A stretch of DNA of 64,000 nt, taken from NCBI RefSeq assembly GCF_009914755.1, contig NC_060945.1; one strand, written 5' to 3'. Of the stretch, positions 1 to 64,000 are shown piece after piece. How positions within the stretch are numbered: the first letter of the stretch is position 1; every line of letters begins with the position of its first letter. The translations under genes were made by a program, and so were the position numbers. The notes beneath the pieces are model-generated. The model made no database searches and had not been told where the DNA came from. It saw only the letters and a list, made by a program, of their open reading frames with translations. Source of the DNA: the human T2T-CHM13v2.0 reference genome, Homo sapiens.

Positions 1-134
1 AGATTCTATGGGAGGTGAAGGCATGTCTGAGGCACAGCTATGGTTTCAAAAGACTTTATAGTTTGATTTATAAAGCAATATTTGATACAGAAATACCAGA
101 ACTTTAGAGCTGGAATAAAATAGAGGAAGTTTCT

Positions 135-436
135 GTTTTTGTTTTGTTTTTTGACATGGAGTCGTCTCACTCTGTCACCCAGGCTGGATGGAGTGCAGTG
201 GCGTGAACTCGGCTCACTGCAACCTCTGAGTTCAAATGATTCTCCTGCCTTAGCCACACGAGTAGCTGGAATTATAGGGGTGTGCCACCATGCGGGGCTT
301 TTATTCTTTGTATTTTTAGTAGAGATGGGGTTTCACTATGTTGGTCAGGCTGGTCTTGCACTCCTGACCTCAAGTGATCCCCCCACCTAGGCCTACCAAA
401 GTAGGGATTACAGGCATGAACTATCGCGCCTGGCCT
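135..436 (-). mobile_element. Alu SINE
   Basis: Antisense Alu with T-rich tail, ending cgcgcctggcc. Confidence 0.93.
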
Positions 437-445
437 AAAATAAAA

Positions 446-575
446 AGAAATTGTAAAACTAGAAGAGAACTTAGAGATCACCTAGCCCGAGAAATTGTAA
501 AACTAGAAGAGAACTTAGAGATCACCTAGCCCGAGAAATTGTAAAACTAGAAGAGAACTTAGAGATCACCTAGCC
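446..575. repeat. 44-bp tandem repeat, about 3 identical copies
   Basis: agaaattgtaaaactagaagagaacttagagatcacctagcc(cg) starts at 446, 490 and 534. Confidence 0.95.
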
Positions 576-1084
576 TAATACTCATGGTTAAAGAGGTAAT
601 TTAGTGAGAACTTAAAATGCAAGCTATAATTTTAGCTTATATCACAGGCCCATTCCTTCTCTTATATATTTTTTATTTTCCGCCTTCATATTGAGCATGT
701 GCCAGTTCATTGATGTTACCACTTCTCAAGCTAAAAGTATCATCTGCATGTCACCCAGTGATGGCAATGGACCCGGTCACAGTGATTCAAGGGTCCCCAA
801 AAAGGGTGCTGTCCTTGTCCATTGATGACTGAGGAAGGGGTGCTTCTTTTCTGCCTATTCTGACACCATATTATCTGTGGTGGTACCAAAGCTACTGGAC
901 ACTCCTGATGGCAAGAGGTGTAAACCCAAATGCAGATGAATGAAGGAAGAAAAAAGACAATCAAAGCTGTGCTGTAAAGGAGACAGACAGCCCCCAACCC
1001 CCTGCCCTGAAAAGGAGAGCTATATTGTCAGCCACCCGAAAAAAGGCATGACCAGTGGACTTCAGGATCAATGTGGTCAGATGT

Positions 1085-1310
1085 CTTTTTTTTTTTTTAA
1101 GAGATGGAATCTTGCTGTATTGCCCCGGTTGGAGTGCAGTGGCTATTCACAGGCACTATTATAGCACACTATAGCCTTGATCTCCTGGTCTCAAGTTGCC
1201 CTCCTGCCTTAACCTCCTGGGTAGCTGGAACTACAGGCACATGCCACCACACCCGACCAGAATTTTTTTTTTTAACAGAGTCTCACCTTGTTGCCCAGGC
1301 TAGAGTGCAG
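1085..1310 (-). mobile_element. FAM-like Alu monomer plus short Alu fragment
   Basis: 7SL/FAM-type gtgcagtggctattcacaggc segment. Confidence 0.75.
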
Positions 1311-3490
1311 CTTGTTTTAAGTGTTCTATAGCTCCATTAGTATGAAATATCTGTGTGTAAATTGATAACGACAAAGCTATTTTGATTGACAAAGTATCAG
1401 ACTTTGGATAAAATCATAAATTATATAGATATCGCAATCAATTTCAAATTCATTTTGGCATCATAACTTTCTTAAGTTAGAAAGAACACCATATTTAGCA
1501 TATAATCTATACATGCATTACCTGCATTGTGGGGATTTTAAGCATGTCCATACATTCTTTGACACCTCTCTGTCCAAAATGTGAAGTCTACTTCTCTAGC
1601 ACCTGAGTGTGAGATAGACTTAGTGGTTCATTTCCAAGGAATAGAGTATGGAAGGGAGAAAACAATAACCACATGAAGTACATGTAGACATCTATTTCAA
1701 AAAATAAAAACAAAATGACAAAAAACAAAAAATTATGAATATAATTGAAAATTAATCTCACTTATGAATATACAGAACAAGAAAAATTATAGTTTATTTG
1801 TAAATGAAGATTCAAAATTTGAAAAATAAAATATTTTAAATCTACAAGTATATTATTAGTAATACTACTGATCATGACCAATTTGGGTTTATCCCAGAAT
1901 GCAAGGGTGGTTCAAAATTATGTAATCCACCGTAATAGAGAGGAGGGGAGGGGGGAAACACTTGCCATCTTAATAGAAGTAGGAAAAGCATTTTATAAAA
2001 CTCATCATCCACTCAGGACTTAAAAATATAAGCAAATAGAAACTTCCTAACCTAATATATTGGAAGTAGCTCAAAGCTGGGGTACATCACATTTAATGAC
2101 TTAAAATATTCCATTTTAAAGTCAATCAAAAGACAAAGGTAACTGCTTACTAAGAAGTCTTCCCAGCTAAGACAAGAAAACAAAATAAGATGTGAAATTT
2201 ATAGGCACTGTCTTCAAAACTACTGTCAAGCAGACTATGACAAAGCTCATGTTATGCAGGCATGAGAGGGAGTACGTATTGGGATAAGGGGATGTTAAAT
2301 GAAGGGAAGTGCTTTCCAAAAATGTAACTACTTAATTATAATCTTGTGACAAACAGCTACAAAACCACTTTTAATAATACATTCTTTCTGTGATAGAAAA
2401 TGTAATCTTTTCACTTTGTAAAAGCTGTCAGTTCTATTACTAGGGAAGAATTAGGCTTTGATTACATACAATTTCTATTTCATTTCTCCCTTTTTTCCAG
2501 CAGTGGCTAGATTCCTAGCAACAGAGTCTCTGGAAGATCTCACCCAAGGAGTAAGGCAGTTTTTTCAACATTTCTAGCATTAGGACTTGGTTGGCTCACC
2601 TGCAAGACAGTGTGAGATTCTATTCATGATAGATTCCCTAACACCAAATCTAAAGTTGAGAGATATTTTTAAATTTCTATAAGATAGTCAATAAAGATCT
2701 GCTGGTGTGTTTAACTCTGGTCTGGGAACCTGCTAAACTTTCACTTACCATATTTGCCAGAAGAGTATCTTCAAACTTTATCACCTACATACCTCTAAAT
2801 AAAATTTAAGAATGTACACTTTCATGTATTTTTAAGTTGATAACTAACATTTATCATCATAAATTTAAGTAAGTGCAAATAAGATAATTTCAAGTGGCAT
2901 ACTGTAAATATTTACATTTTCAAAAATAAAAACTTTTGTCATTCTTTTAAATGTATCTAATAGAATCTAAGTACCATAGCAATTTGATTCCCACCATTAT
3001 CAACATAATACATAAACAAGCTCTTCAATAGTGAGACATTAAACATCATTCACTGGATCTTTGTTTATATTTTGCTTTCCTCACAGAATTATAGTATATT
3101 TTACTGCTTAAAATATTTATCTCCTAAGGTACTTCTCTGAAACGAATATAAATTGAAATTTAAAAAATTTCCTATAACTAAAAGGCTATAAGTATTAAAA
3201 ATAACTTTTTTCTAAATTATTACAGTAACTATTAGAATGCAGTAGATAATATCACAAACATGAATATTTTTACACACAAGTATTACACATAAAACATTAA
3301 AAATCTTACTGGAAATTCATCTGAGAATCAAGACCAATTTGTAGTGTTTTTTTTAGTTCATCTTTCCGTGGGTATATATGATTTATAACTAGCATGACAT
3401 AGCAGTCAACATAAATTACATTCCCATTTTTCCTATCTATAGATGAGATCATTTTTAATGTAAAACAAATAGATGAGAATGTAGTTTTGT

Positions 3491-4040
3491 TCCGTTTTTG
3501 TTTTAACTTTTAATTTTCATGGGTACATGGGTGTATATATTTATGGGGTACATGAGATTTTTGATACAGGCAAGCAGTGTGTAATAATCATATCATGTAA
3601 AATGGGGTAGCCATCCCCACAAGCATTTATCCTTTGTGTTACAAACAATACAATTATATTCCTCTAGTTATTCTAACTTGTAAATTAAATTATTATTGAC
3701 TATAGTCACCTTGTTGTCCTATCAAATACTAGGTATTATTCATTCTATTTTTTTGTACCTATTAACCATCCCCACCTCCAACCCCCACCCCACCCCCTGT
3801 GTCATTACCCTTCTCAGTCTCTGGTAACCATCCTTCTACTCCCTATGTCCATGAGTTCAATTGTTTTGATTTTTAGATCCCACAAATAAGTGAGAACATG
3901 CAATGTTTGCCTTCCTATGCCTGGCTTAAGTCACTTAGCGTAATAACGTCCAGTTCCATCCATGTTGTTGCAAATGACAGAATCTCATTCTTTTTTATGG
4001 CTGAATAGCACTCCACTATGTAGTACATTTTCTTTATCCA
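3491..4040 (-). mobile_element. 5'-truncated L1 3' end (L1MA/old L1PA-like)
   Basis: Antisense L1 3' UTR motifs. Degenerate TSD gagaatgtagttttgt / gagaatggagatttgt. Confidence 0.85.
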
Positions 4041-5110
4041 GAGAATGGAGATTTGTAATAATTCAATTCTTTGTCACTCAGTGCCACTGCATCCATCAAT
4101 TTTTTTAGTAATACGTCAAAAATGAAATAAATTTTAATGATTTAATGGCTGACAGCCTGCCTAGGCTTTTGTTTAATTTTATTGAAAGCAAATAACTGAA
4201 AACCAGTGAGTTGCAAAAAAGGGTTAGCCATTATTGGAGTCTCTTTCTCAACACATTTTCAAATGACCTGTATAGACTGGAAGGGTTTTTTGTTTGTTTG
4301 TTTTGCTTTTCCCACCTTGACAATGGTGAAACTGAGAAAGATGGGTGAAAATTATGCCTTTCTTTTAAAAAAGGACATATGTGAAAGGGGCAGGTGGGAA
4401 AAGAGAACCAGTCTGAGACAGGTATATAAATGGGAAGATCAAATTTTGGAAAGAGTATCGAGGAAGTGGAGGAAATGAAAATGGATTAAAATTCTCCTTG
4501 CACAAGTACCTCTTGAAATGTCTTGGTGTGCACTATTGTGCTAACCTCTCTTTTAGATATAAGGGTACATACTGCATCTAGGATTTAAGAATAAATGTGT
4601 ATCAATTAGTATTTCTGCTAATTAATTAAGGTGCATTCACTTGTGTATATTGGATGAAGTTAAACTGATGAACTTATCTGGAGAGTGGAGGGGTGTACAG
4701 TGAAGTGAAAGGCAATCGTTACTTAGTCAGGAAGCCCTTTTAAAGGGTGTCCTAGTCTTAATAAAGACAATGGTGAGGATTTGGCCAAAGAAAAACTTTA
4801 GCCCACGGATTGACTTGTTTATGTTTTCTTACCCTGCAATAAATTGAGTATTATAATGTCTCTTAAGGTGAGTCTCTTTTGTGAATTAAAATAGTCATAA
4901 AGTCAGCCAAAGTATCGAAGGTTAAAAAAAAAAAAAAGTTAAATTCAAACTAAAGTATACAGTGAAAGTTTCTGAACCAAGCCAGATGGTATCCTGGTTT
5001 GAAGAGATCAGATAGAAAGGGCATGTGCGATCCACAGCTGACTTAACCAGTGCTTTCACATCCCAGCCTCTGTGTAGCTAAGCTTGAGTTGGTGACTGCA
5101 TATAAAAGCT

Positions 5111-5604
5111 TGTGAAAGTAAAATAAATCTAGGGACCCCAAAATCACTAAGCTAATGGGAAGAGTCAAGCTGGGAGCTGCTTAGGGCAAACCTGCCTCCC
5201 CTTCTATTCAAAGTCATCCGTCTGAGGCTCACCTGAAACAAACGCATATCTGATTGCTTCCTCTCTCCTATTGTTTCTGTGAAAATGCAGATCCACTGAA
5301 CCAGACTAAATTGTGTATTCAGTGGAAGGCTGATCTACGACTTAAAAGAATGCAACCTTTTGCGTCTTACCTACTTCTAACGGGGCCACTTCGAGTTGTC
5401 CTGCCTTACCGGACTGAACTAATGTACATCTTACACATAGCTGTCTCATGTCTCCCTAAAATGTATAAAAGCAAACTGTACCCCCAAACACCTTGGGCAC
5501 GTGTCTCAGGACTTCCTGAAGCTATGCCATGGGCACATCCTTAACTTTGGCAAAATAAACTTCCTAAATTGACTGAGACCTGTCTCACATATTTTGTGTT
5601 CACA
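5111..5604 (+). mobile_element. Solo ERV1 LTR, MER4-group
   Basis: TG...CA termini, 4-bp TSD agct, MER4-like start tgtgaaag..aaataaatct.gggaccccaaaatcactaagc, internal AATAAA. Confidence 0.85.
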
Positions 5605-6079
5605 AGCTCTACATGGATTTAAGGCACAGATGGTAAAGGTTTTCCAAAAGTGCTCAAGCAGGGATACCAAAACATTGTATGTGCATATATGACTGCTATA
5701 AAGGTTATACATTATCCACAAAAAGCAAAGAGAAAGAATGGAATTGACATTCTAAGACTTATCTAGGTAACTGCTTCTCTCTAGTGGAGCTTTTGTCATT
5801 AAACAAATTGTGGGGACTTCTCTTATTTTGGCTAGAATATACTTTTGTCAGGCCAGTGACTCTACTCAAAAATGAGATACACTTACAGATACAGAAACAT
5901 AGATGAGGATATCCGCTTAAACAAGAGAGCCACCAAGGTAGTAAGAAATTGAAGGGTCAAGACCGTGTCCAAAAGGGAAGTGCAAAGGTGAGAATGACAT
6001 TTAGCACCTGTTTTCCCCTTGAGGCAACTGCCAATTCATAAGCAGTAGCCTAAGGCTAAGAAGCTAAATAGTGGGAAAT

Positions 6080-6312
6080 AATGAGCAGAAAACAGAGGAC
6101 CAGAGGTTGAAAAGGTGAGCAGAATTTTAGGCTGTCTTACATGTCTGGGAATACAAAAACAAGTTCAGGATCAATCAAGGTGAAAGAACCTTGAATGAGC
6201 AGAAAACAGAGGACCAGAGGTTGAAAAGGTGAGCAGAATTTTAGGCTGTCTTACATGTCTGGGAATACAAAAACAAGTTCAGGATCAATCAAGGTGAAAG
6301 AACCTTGAATGA
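6080..6312. repeat. Perfect 114-bp tandem duplication
   Basis: Identical copies at 6080 and 6194, aatga at all junctions. Confidence 0.95.
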
Positions 6313-7278
6313 AAAGTAAATATACCAACCCTCAAAAGGACTAAAGCTCAGCTGTTTCATCAGCTAATTGCCACACTGATCTGCTCTTATCCAAACTGTT
6401 TGCTAGAAGCAAAAAGAAAACTGTCTGTGAAAAAAAGATAGTATCAAGAGTTAATGTCATCAACTCAATAATTTTTCATTCACATGTCAGGCATTCAGAC
6501 AAAAATTATTGACCATGCTAAAAGATAAGACCAAATGACTGAAAATAGAAAAGTGGAAACTGTATTAAGAATTATCAAGCATGGGCTTCCAAATTACTTG
6601 TAAGTAACTGTAATTAATATGCTCTAGAAAATATACAAGATGATGAATTTCAGCAGAGGGTCCAAATCAGTAAAAATAATTAAATGGAACTTGTAGAAAT
6701 TAAAAATAATAGAACTGAAATTAAGAACGCAGTAAATGAGTTAAATGACAGCTTAGACATAGCTGAAGACAAGTTCAGTGAATTACAAAATAGGTCAATA
6801 AAAATCCAGAATGAGCATGAAGAGAAAAAACGAATAAAACAACAAAACAGAAAAGAATCTAACACACGTATGGCTAATGGTGAAAAGCCCTGAGTAGGCG
6901 AGGAAAGAGACAATTGGGGCAAAAGTGATAGAAGAAGAGATTATGCCTGAGAATTTTCCAAAAATAATGAAAGACACCAAATCACAGATTCACCTAGAGA
7001 CATCATAGTAAAACTGTTTAAAACCCAAAACAAAGGGAAAATAAAAGCAGCTGGGGGTAGAGTGGGGTAGGGTACACATTTTCTTAAAAGGAATAAGATT
7101 CACAGATGACTTTGCAACAGAAACAGTAGAACTCCAAAAGAAAAGTAATACTGCCAAGATGATGAAAGAATTACCAGATGCAAAATGGAATGAAGAAATA
7201 TACAAAGGGGTAAATGTGAAGAAAAATATAAATGAATATATAGATTCATAAAACAATAATAATGTCCTGTGGTGTTTA

Positions 7279-7943
<665 letters not shown>

Positions 7944-8242
7944 TGACAAAAAGAATTTATATGAGATGTTGATAAGTCAGGTATTAATGTTGGAATCTCT
8001 AGGATAACCTTAAATAATATATTCTATGATGTGAAAGAAAAGAAACTAATAGGAGGGGAAAATAGAAATAAAAAAGAGAAATGGAATACAAAACAGATGG
8101 AAAAATTAGAAAACGAATTATAAACTATCTTAGTAATTACATTATATAAATGAATTAAATGTTACAATTAAGAAGAAAAATTATCACACTGGATAGAAAT
8201 GATTGTACATCTTAAAGGCATACTTTAGAAAATTGTGGTCTT

Positions 8243-9591
8243 CAATGGAACAGAACAGAGACCTCAGAAATAACACCACACATCTATAACCATCTGATCT
8301 TCGACAAACAGAACAAAGACAAGCAATGGGGAAAGGATTCCCTATTTAATAAATAGTGCTGGGAGAATTGGCTAGCCATATGCAGAAAACTGAAACTGGA
8401 TCCCTTCCTTACACCTTATACAAAAATTAACTCAAGATAGATTAAAGATTTAAATGTAAAACCCAAAACCATAAAAACCCTAGAAGAAAACCGAGGAATA
8501 CCATTCAGGACATAGGCATGCATAAAGACTTCATGACGAAAACACCAAAAGCAACTGCAACAAAAGCCAACATTGACAAACGGGATCTAGTTAAATCAAA
8601 GAGCTTCTGCACGCAAAAGAAACTGTCATCAGAGTTAACAGGCAACCTACAGAACGGAAGAAAATTTTTGCAATCTATCCATCTGATAAAGCTCTAGTAT
8701 CTAGAATCTACAAGGAACTTAAATTTACAAGAAAAAACAATCCCATCAAAAAGTGGGCAAAGGATATGAACAGACACTTCTCAAAAGAAGACATTTATGT
8801 GGCCAAAAACATTTGAAAAAAAGCTCAACATCACTGATCATTAGAGAAATGCAAATCAAAACCACAATGAGATACCATCTCATGCCAGTCCGATGGCGAT
8901 TATTAAAAAGTCAAGAAACAAGAGGCTAGCAAGGCTGTGGAGAAATAGGAACGCTTTTACACTGTTGGTGGGAATGTAAATTAGCTCAATCACTGTGGAA
9001 AACAGTGTGGCGATTCCTCAAGGATGTAGAACCCAAAATACCATTTGACCCAGCAATCCCATTACTTGGTATATACCCAAAGGATTACAAATCATTCTAC
9101 TATAAAGACACATGCACATGTATGTTTACTGCAGCACTATTTACAACAGCAAAGACTTGGAACCAACCCTAATGCCCATCAATGATAGACTGTATAAAGA
9201 AAATGTGGTACATATACACCACGGAATACAATGCAGCCATAAAAAAGAATGAGTTCGTGTCCTTTGCAGACATGGATGAAGCTGGAAGCCACCATTCTCA
9301 GCAAACTAACACAGGAACAGAAAACCACCGCATGTTCTCACTCATAAGTGGGAGTTGAACAATGAGAAGACATGGACACAGGGAGGGGAACATCACACAT
9401 TGGGGCCTGTTGGGGGTGGGGGGCAAGGGGAGGGACAGCATTAGGACAAATACCTAATGCATGTGGGGCTTAAAACCTAGATGACGGATAGACAGGTGCA
9501 GCAAACCACCATGGCACATGTATGCCTATGTAACAAACCTGCACATCTGCACATGTATCCCAGAACTTAAAGTAAAATTAAAAAAAAAAAA
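8243..9591 (+). mobile_element. 5'-truncated L1PA (L1PA7/8-like), ORF2 3' end plus 3' UTR and poly(A)
   Basis: Canonical L1PA ORF2 and 3' UTR sequence, ending agaacttaaagtaaaattaaaaaa. Confidence 0.93.
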
Positions 9592-10149
9592 GTTAATGCC
9601 AGGTAAATTAGGCACATTTTGAAATTTAAAACTTTTAACAAAATATAACGGAATTTTTTAAACCTCAGTTAAATAAAATTTTAAAACCTAACATAAAAAA
9701 GGCTCAATCATAAAAGAAAAAAAAAAAGGTCTGATTAAATTTAACCGAAAAATTCTGTGAGATTAAAGATAGTCACAGAAAATGTTAAAGACAAGCCACA
9801 TATTAGAAGTCCTATGAGCTAAAGCATTATGATCAGTAAGAATACAAGTAACCTAGCAGAAAAATAGGTATAGATTATGGACAAAAATCTGTCAAATAAT
9901 GACCAATATATGAAATGAAGCTAGGCTTCTTAAGGAAATATAAGTGAAAACAAAGAGCTACTATCTCATAGCTTTCAGACTGCAGAACTTAAAAATTCTG
10001 ATAAGACTACGTGTTGGTGACAAGATAGGAAAACCAGAATTCTCTTAAATTGCAGCTGGGAGAGCAAACTTGCATATCACTTTGGAGGGCAATTTGAAAA
10101 CATCTAAAGTGACAGAGTATACACATCCTACTACCTGAAACTCCATTTT

Positions 10150-10593
<444 letters not shown>

Positions 10594-10839
10594 TTAGTAA
10601 GGGAACTGGTAAGTAAACTGATATGACACTAAACAGCATTATGTTGAGTGGAAAATCAGGTTACAAAAGATTACATACATAAAACATCATTAACATAATT
10701 TTTGTTAACTATTATACATTGTTTCTGGATAAAAACACATGGTAAAGTATAAAATCTTAAACAGGAAGGAGTCACACCAACTTCAGAATTAGTACGTTAG
10801 CTCTAGGGAAAGAAGGAGGAGAATGGCGCCAGGGAGAAG

Positions 10840-13149
10840 TACAAAAGAGTAACATTTTATTTATTTAAAAATCAGAAGCAAATATGGCAAAATAGTATGT
10901 GAAGGGTACAAGGGCATTTATATTATTATTTTTCTGCATATTTGAAATATTTTTAATTAAAAAGAATTTTAATGGGCACATATGGTATAACAATCAAATA
11001 ATAACATTAATTACTTGCACCACAAAAATGTATCAAATAACAACATATTATTTAAGCCACAGACACTTATGTACATACATTGGAGCATGTGATAAAAGAG
11101 TCAAAAATAAATTTTAAAATTTGCAATTTACTTTGGGGTTTTAAATTAATAATTTTGCTAATCTCATGCAATTTTAAAATGTCCTTAAGCTAAAATTTTA
11201 AGGGCTGTAATCCTTTTAGTTAGAGTTGTCAACGCTGTACAGATAAAACTTTAATGTGGTATTCTGAATTTCAGTCTTATCTTGTAAAGCTTTTTCTTTA
11301 GTATATAAACAGTTAACAAGCTTTACAATTATACTTACAAGTCTTAAAGAAATGTATTAAGAGTCCTAAGTATGAAGAACAGTTATTTAATTATAACTAC
11401 TTAATTATAGTGTTTCACCAAGAATCTGATGCCCTAATACTAATGTGGAAAAACAATGCTCCATTATTCCATTTTCTTTTCTGCTTGGGGTTTGGGCCAG
11501 AAGCCAAGATGTACCAATACTGGAAAGGTTTTAAACAGTCTTATTATAAAACCATTTTTAAAGGAAAAGTAATAACTTTCACGGGGAGTAACACAATCCT
11601 TTGGGATTACTATGTCAGAAAGAGACATAGAAAGATAGAGAATATTTTAAGAAAAGGGTTAACGAGGTAGTAAAATTTTGCTATCTGTACTTCACTTACT
11701 GACCCTCAGAGGCTCAAGGCTAGAAGACAATAAATATTTTACAGTAAAATGTAGGAGGCAAACAAAACTGGGCAGGACACTGCATCTATAAATATAATTC
11801 GAGAGATCTATAACTCACACATAGTACTTCACTCTCAACTATAATCCTCTGACCACATTCATACTATTTCAATAGTCATTTTACCCAGTAGATGGAAAGC
11901 AGTAATTTTATTTATCATGAATTGCTTTTTGCCAATTAAACATGTGCAACAGAGATGATTAGCTGGTCTCTCAAGTAACCTAGATATTAGATATGCTATT
12001 TCCATGTAATGGAAGACTGCAATAAAATTATTCCAAGTTCTAAAGTTCCACACTTTTATATTTTGGGCACAATTTTTAAGAGTGGCAAAAGGCAGGTTTT
12101 CACTTACTCCACTTCAGCCTATTATACTGAATTTTACCTAGTGCTAAAATCCTTAACTTTCATTTCTGAAGGCTGAAAAACATTTGCTCCCCCAAGTCTC
12201 TTATTTAGTATAACTTTGGCTGGTAAGAATAGCTCAGTTTGCTTCCAAAATTGAAAGTCTCCTACAACATTTTTAAATGTTTTTTTTTTCCACTGATCTT
12301 TAAGTTTCAGTAATACTCATTTATTTCTTCCCTCTCAATAGAAGGATAACTACCACTCCGCTTCATGAATGAAATAATCAAATTACTATTTCTCTCAAAT
12401 TCTCACCCTCTAGAGACTCGCTCAGAGTGATAAATTCACTGACAAGTTTACAATTCAAATTTCACTAATATATAGAAATAATTCTCCCACAAGCAAAAAG
12501 GTCAGCATCAAGAATTTAATTTTCTGAGTTTCATAACCCTTGATAAATGGAGGCACCTTAAAGTTCAGTTTAAACTCTTTTATATAGGATTTCAGAGCAT
12601 GCCTCCAGATATCTTAAGACAAGCCGTATTAATAGCTTAGTGTCATTTTTATCATTAAAATAATCTACAAATATCAGAATACTAATTTATTGTCATAACT
12701 AATAAATAAGGCTTAAAATATCTATAGATGTAAATCAGCTCTCTCAGTTCGTTTTGCTTCACTTGGACTATTCTAAAACACAGATCAACAAACGGAATGG
12801 GTTTATCAATAATATAGTTGTGCAATCTTTTCACAAATTCCAATTCTGTAATTTAGGGGTTTTTCATATTTATTTTTAAATATACAAAGAAATTAAACCA
12901 TTAATAGAAATATTTTCTCTCAAATATGTAATATTCTTTTGTAAAAGAAAGTTTCCAAACATTTACAAAGCAATCTAAAGTTAAGTAAACCTGATTTTAG
13001 GATTATTACATTAACCAAAATAATTTTCCAGAGAAGGTCCTATTTAAAAGTAATGCTCACTGGCTTCCCCACATCCACACTTTCAGACGGATCCAAATCC
13101 AATGCCTTTGTTTGATGTACTTCAGGGATCCCTTCCAGTGAAAAAAATC
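10840..13149 (-). other. LTN1: LTN1 3' UTR (about 2.3 kb, distal end approximate)
   Basis: Largely repeat-free AT-rich sequence after the stop, with several AATAAA on the minus strand. The distal end is inferred from the overlapping hexamers and recalled mRNA length. Confidence 0.65.
10856..10865 (-). terminator. Candidate distal polyadenylation signal (overlapping AATAAATAAA)
   Basis: Plus strand tttatttatt, followed on the minus strand by a U/pyrimidine-rich tract. Confidence 0.55.

Positions 13150-64000
<50,851 letters not shown>

Noticed and set aside
446-575. CRISPR-like repeat
   Set aside because: Pure tandem repeat without spacers.
620-1080. Possible processed pseudogene or exon
   Set aside because: No recognisable protein in any frame. 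Could be an old LTR remnant, but I cannot assign it.

Overview
Human/primate genomic DNA (AT-rich, dense in Alu, L1 and DNA transposons), not prokaryotic. The minus strand carries most of LTN1 (listerin/RNF160), the RING E3 ligase of ribosome-associated quality control. I resolved 25 coding exons by splice signals and phase arithmetic, from a partial exon at 63838-64000 (presumed exon 6) to the terminal exon with its stop at 13150-13152. They join into one open frame of about 1550 aa ending in the RWD domain and a C4HC3 RING. Exon numbering assumes the 30-exon, 1766-aa model recalled from memory. A 3' UTR of about 2.3 kb probably ends near 10840, and 1-10800 is repeat-rich flank. Almost all other ORFs in the track are Alu/L1 artefacts. 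I found no new multi-gene system. The best leads are an A11 poly(A) track in the LTN1 CDS, a GC-AG intron, a CAG|GTGAG ratchet/poison-type site, a candidate poison exon, an LTR inserted in a polypyrimidine tract, a TSD-flanked tailless tRNA-Asn half retropseudogene, three tandem duplications and closely spaced inverted Alus.
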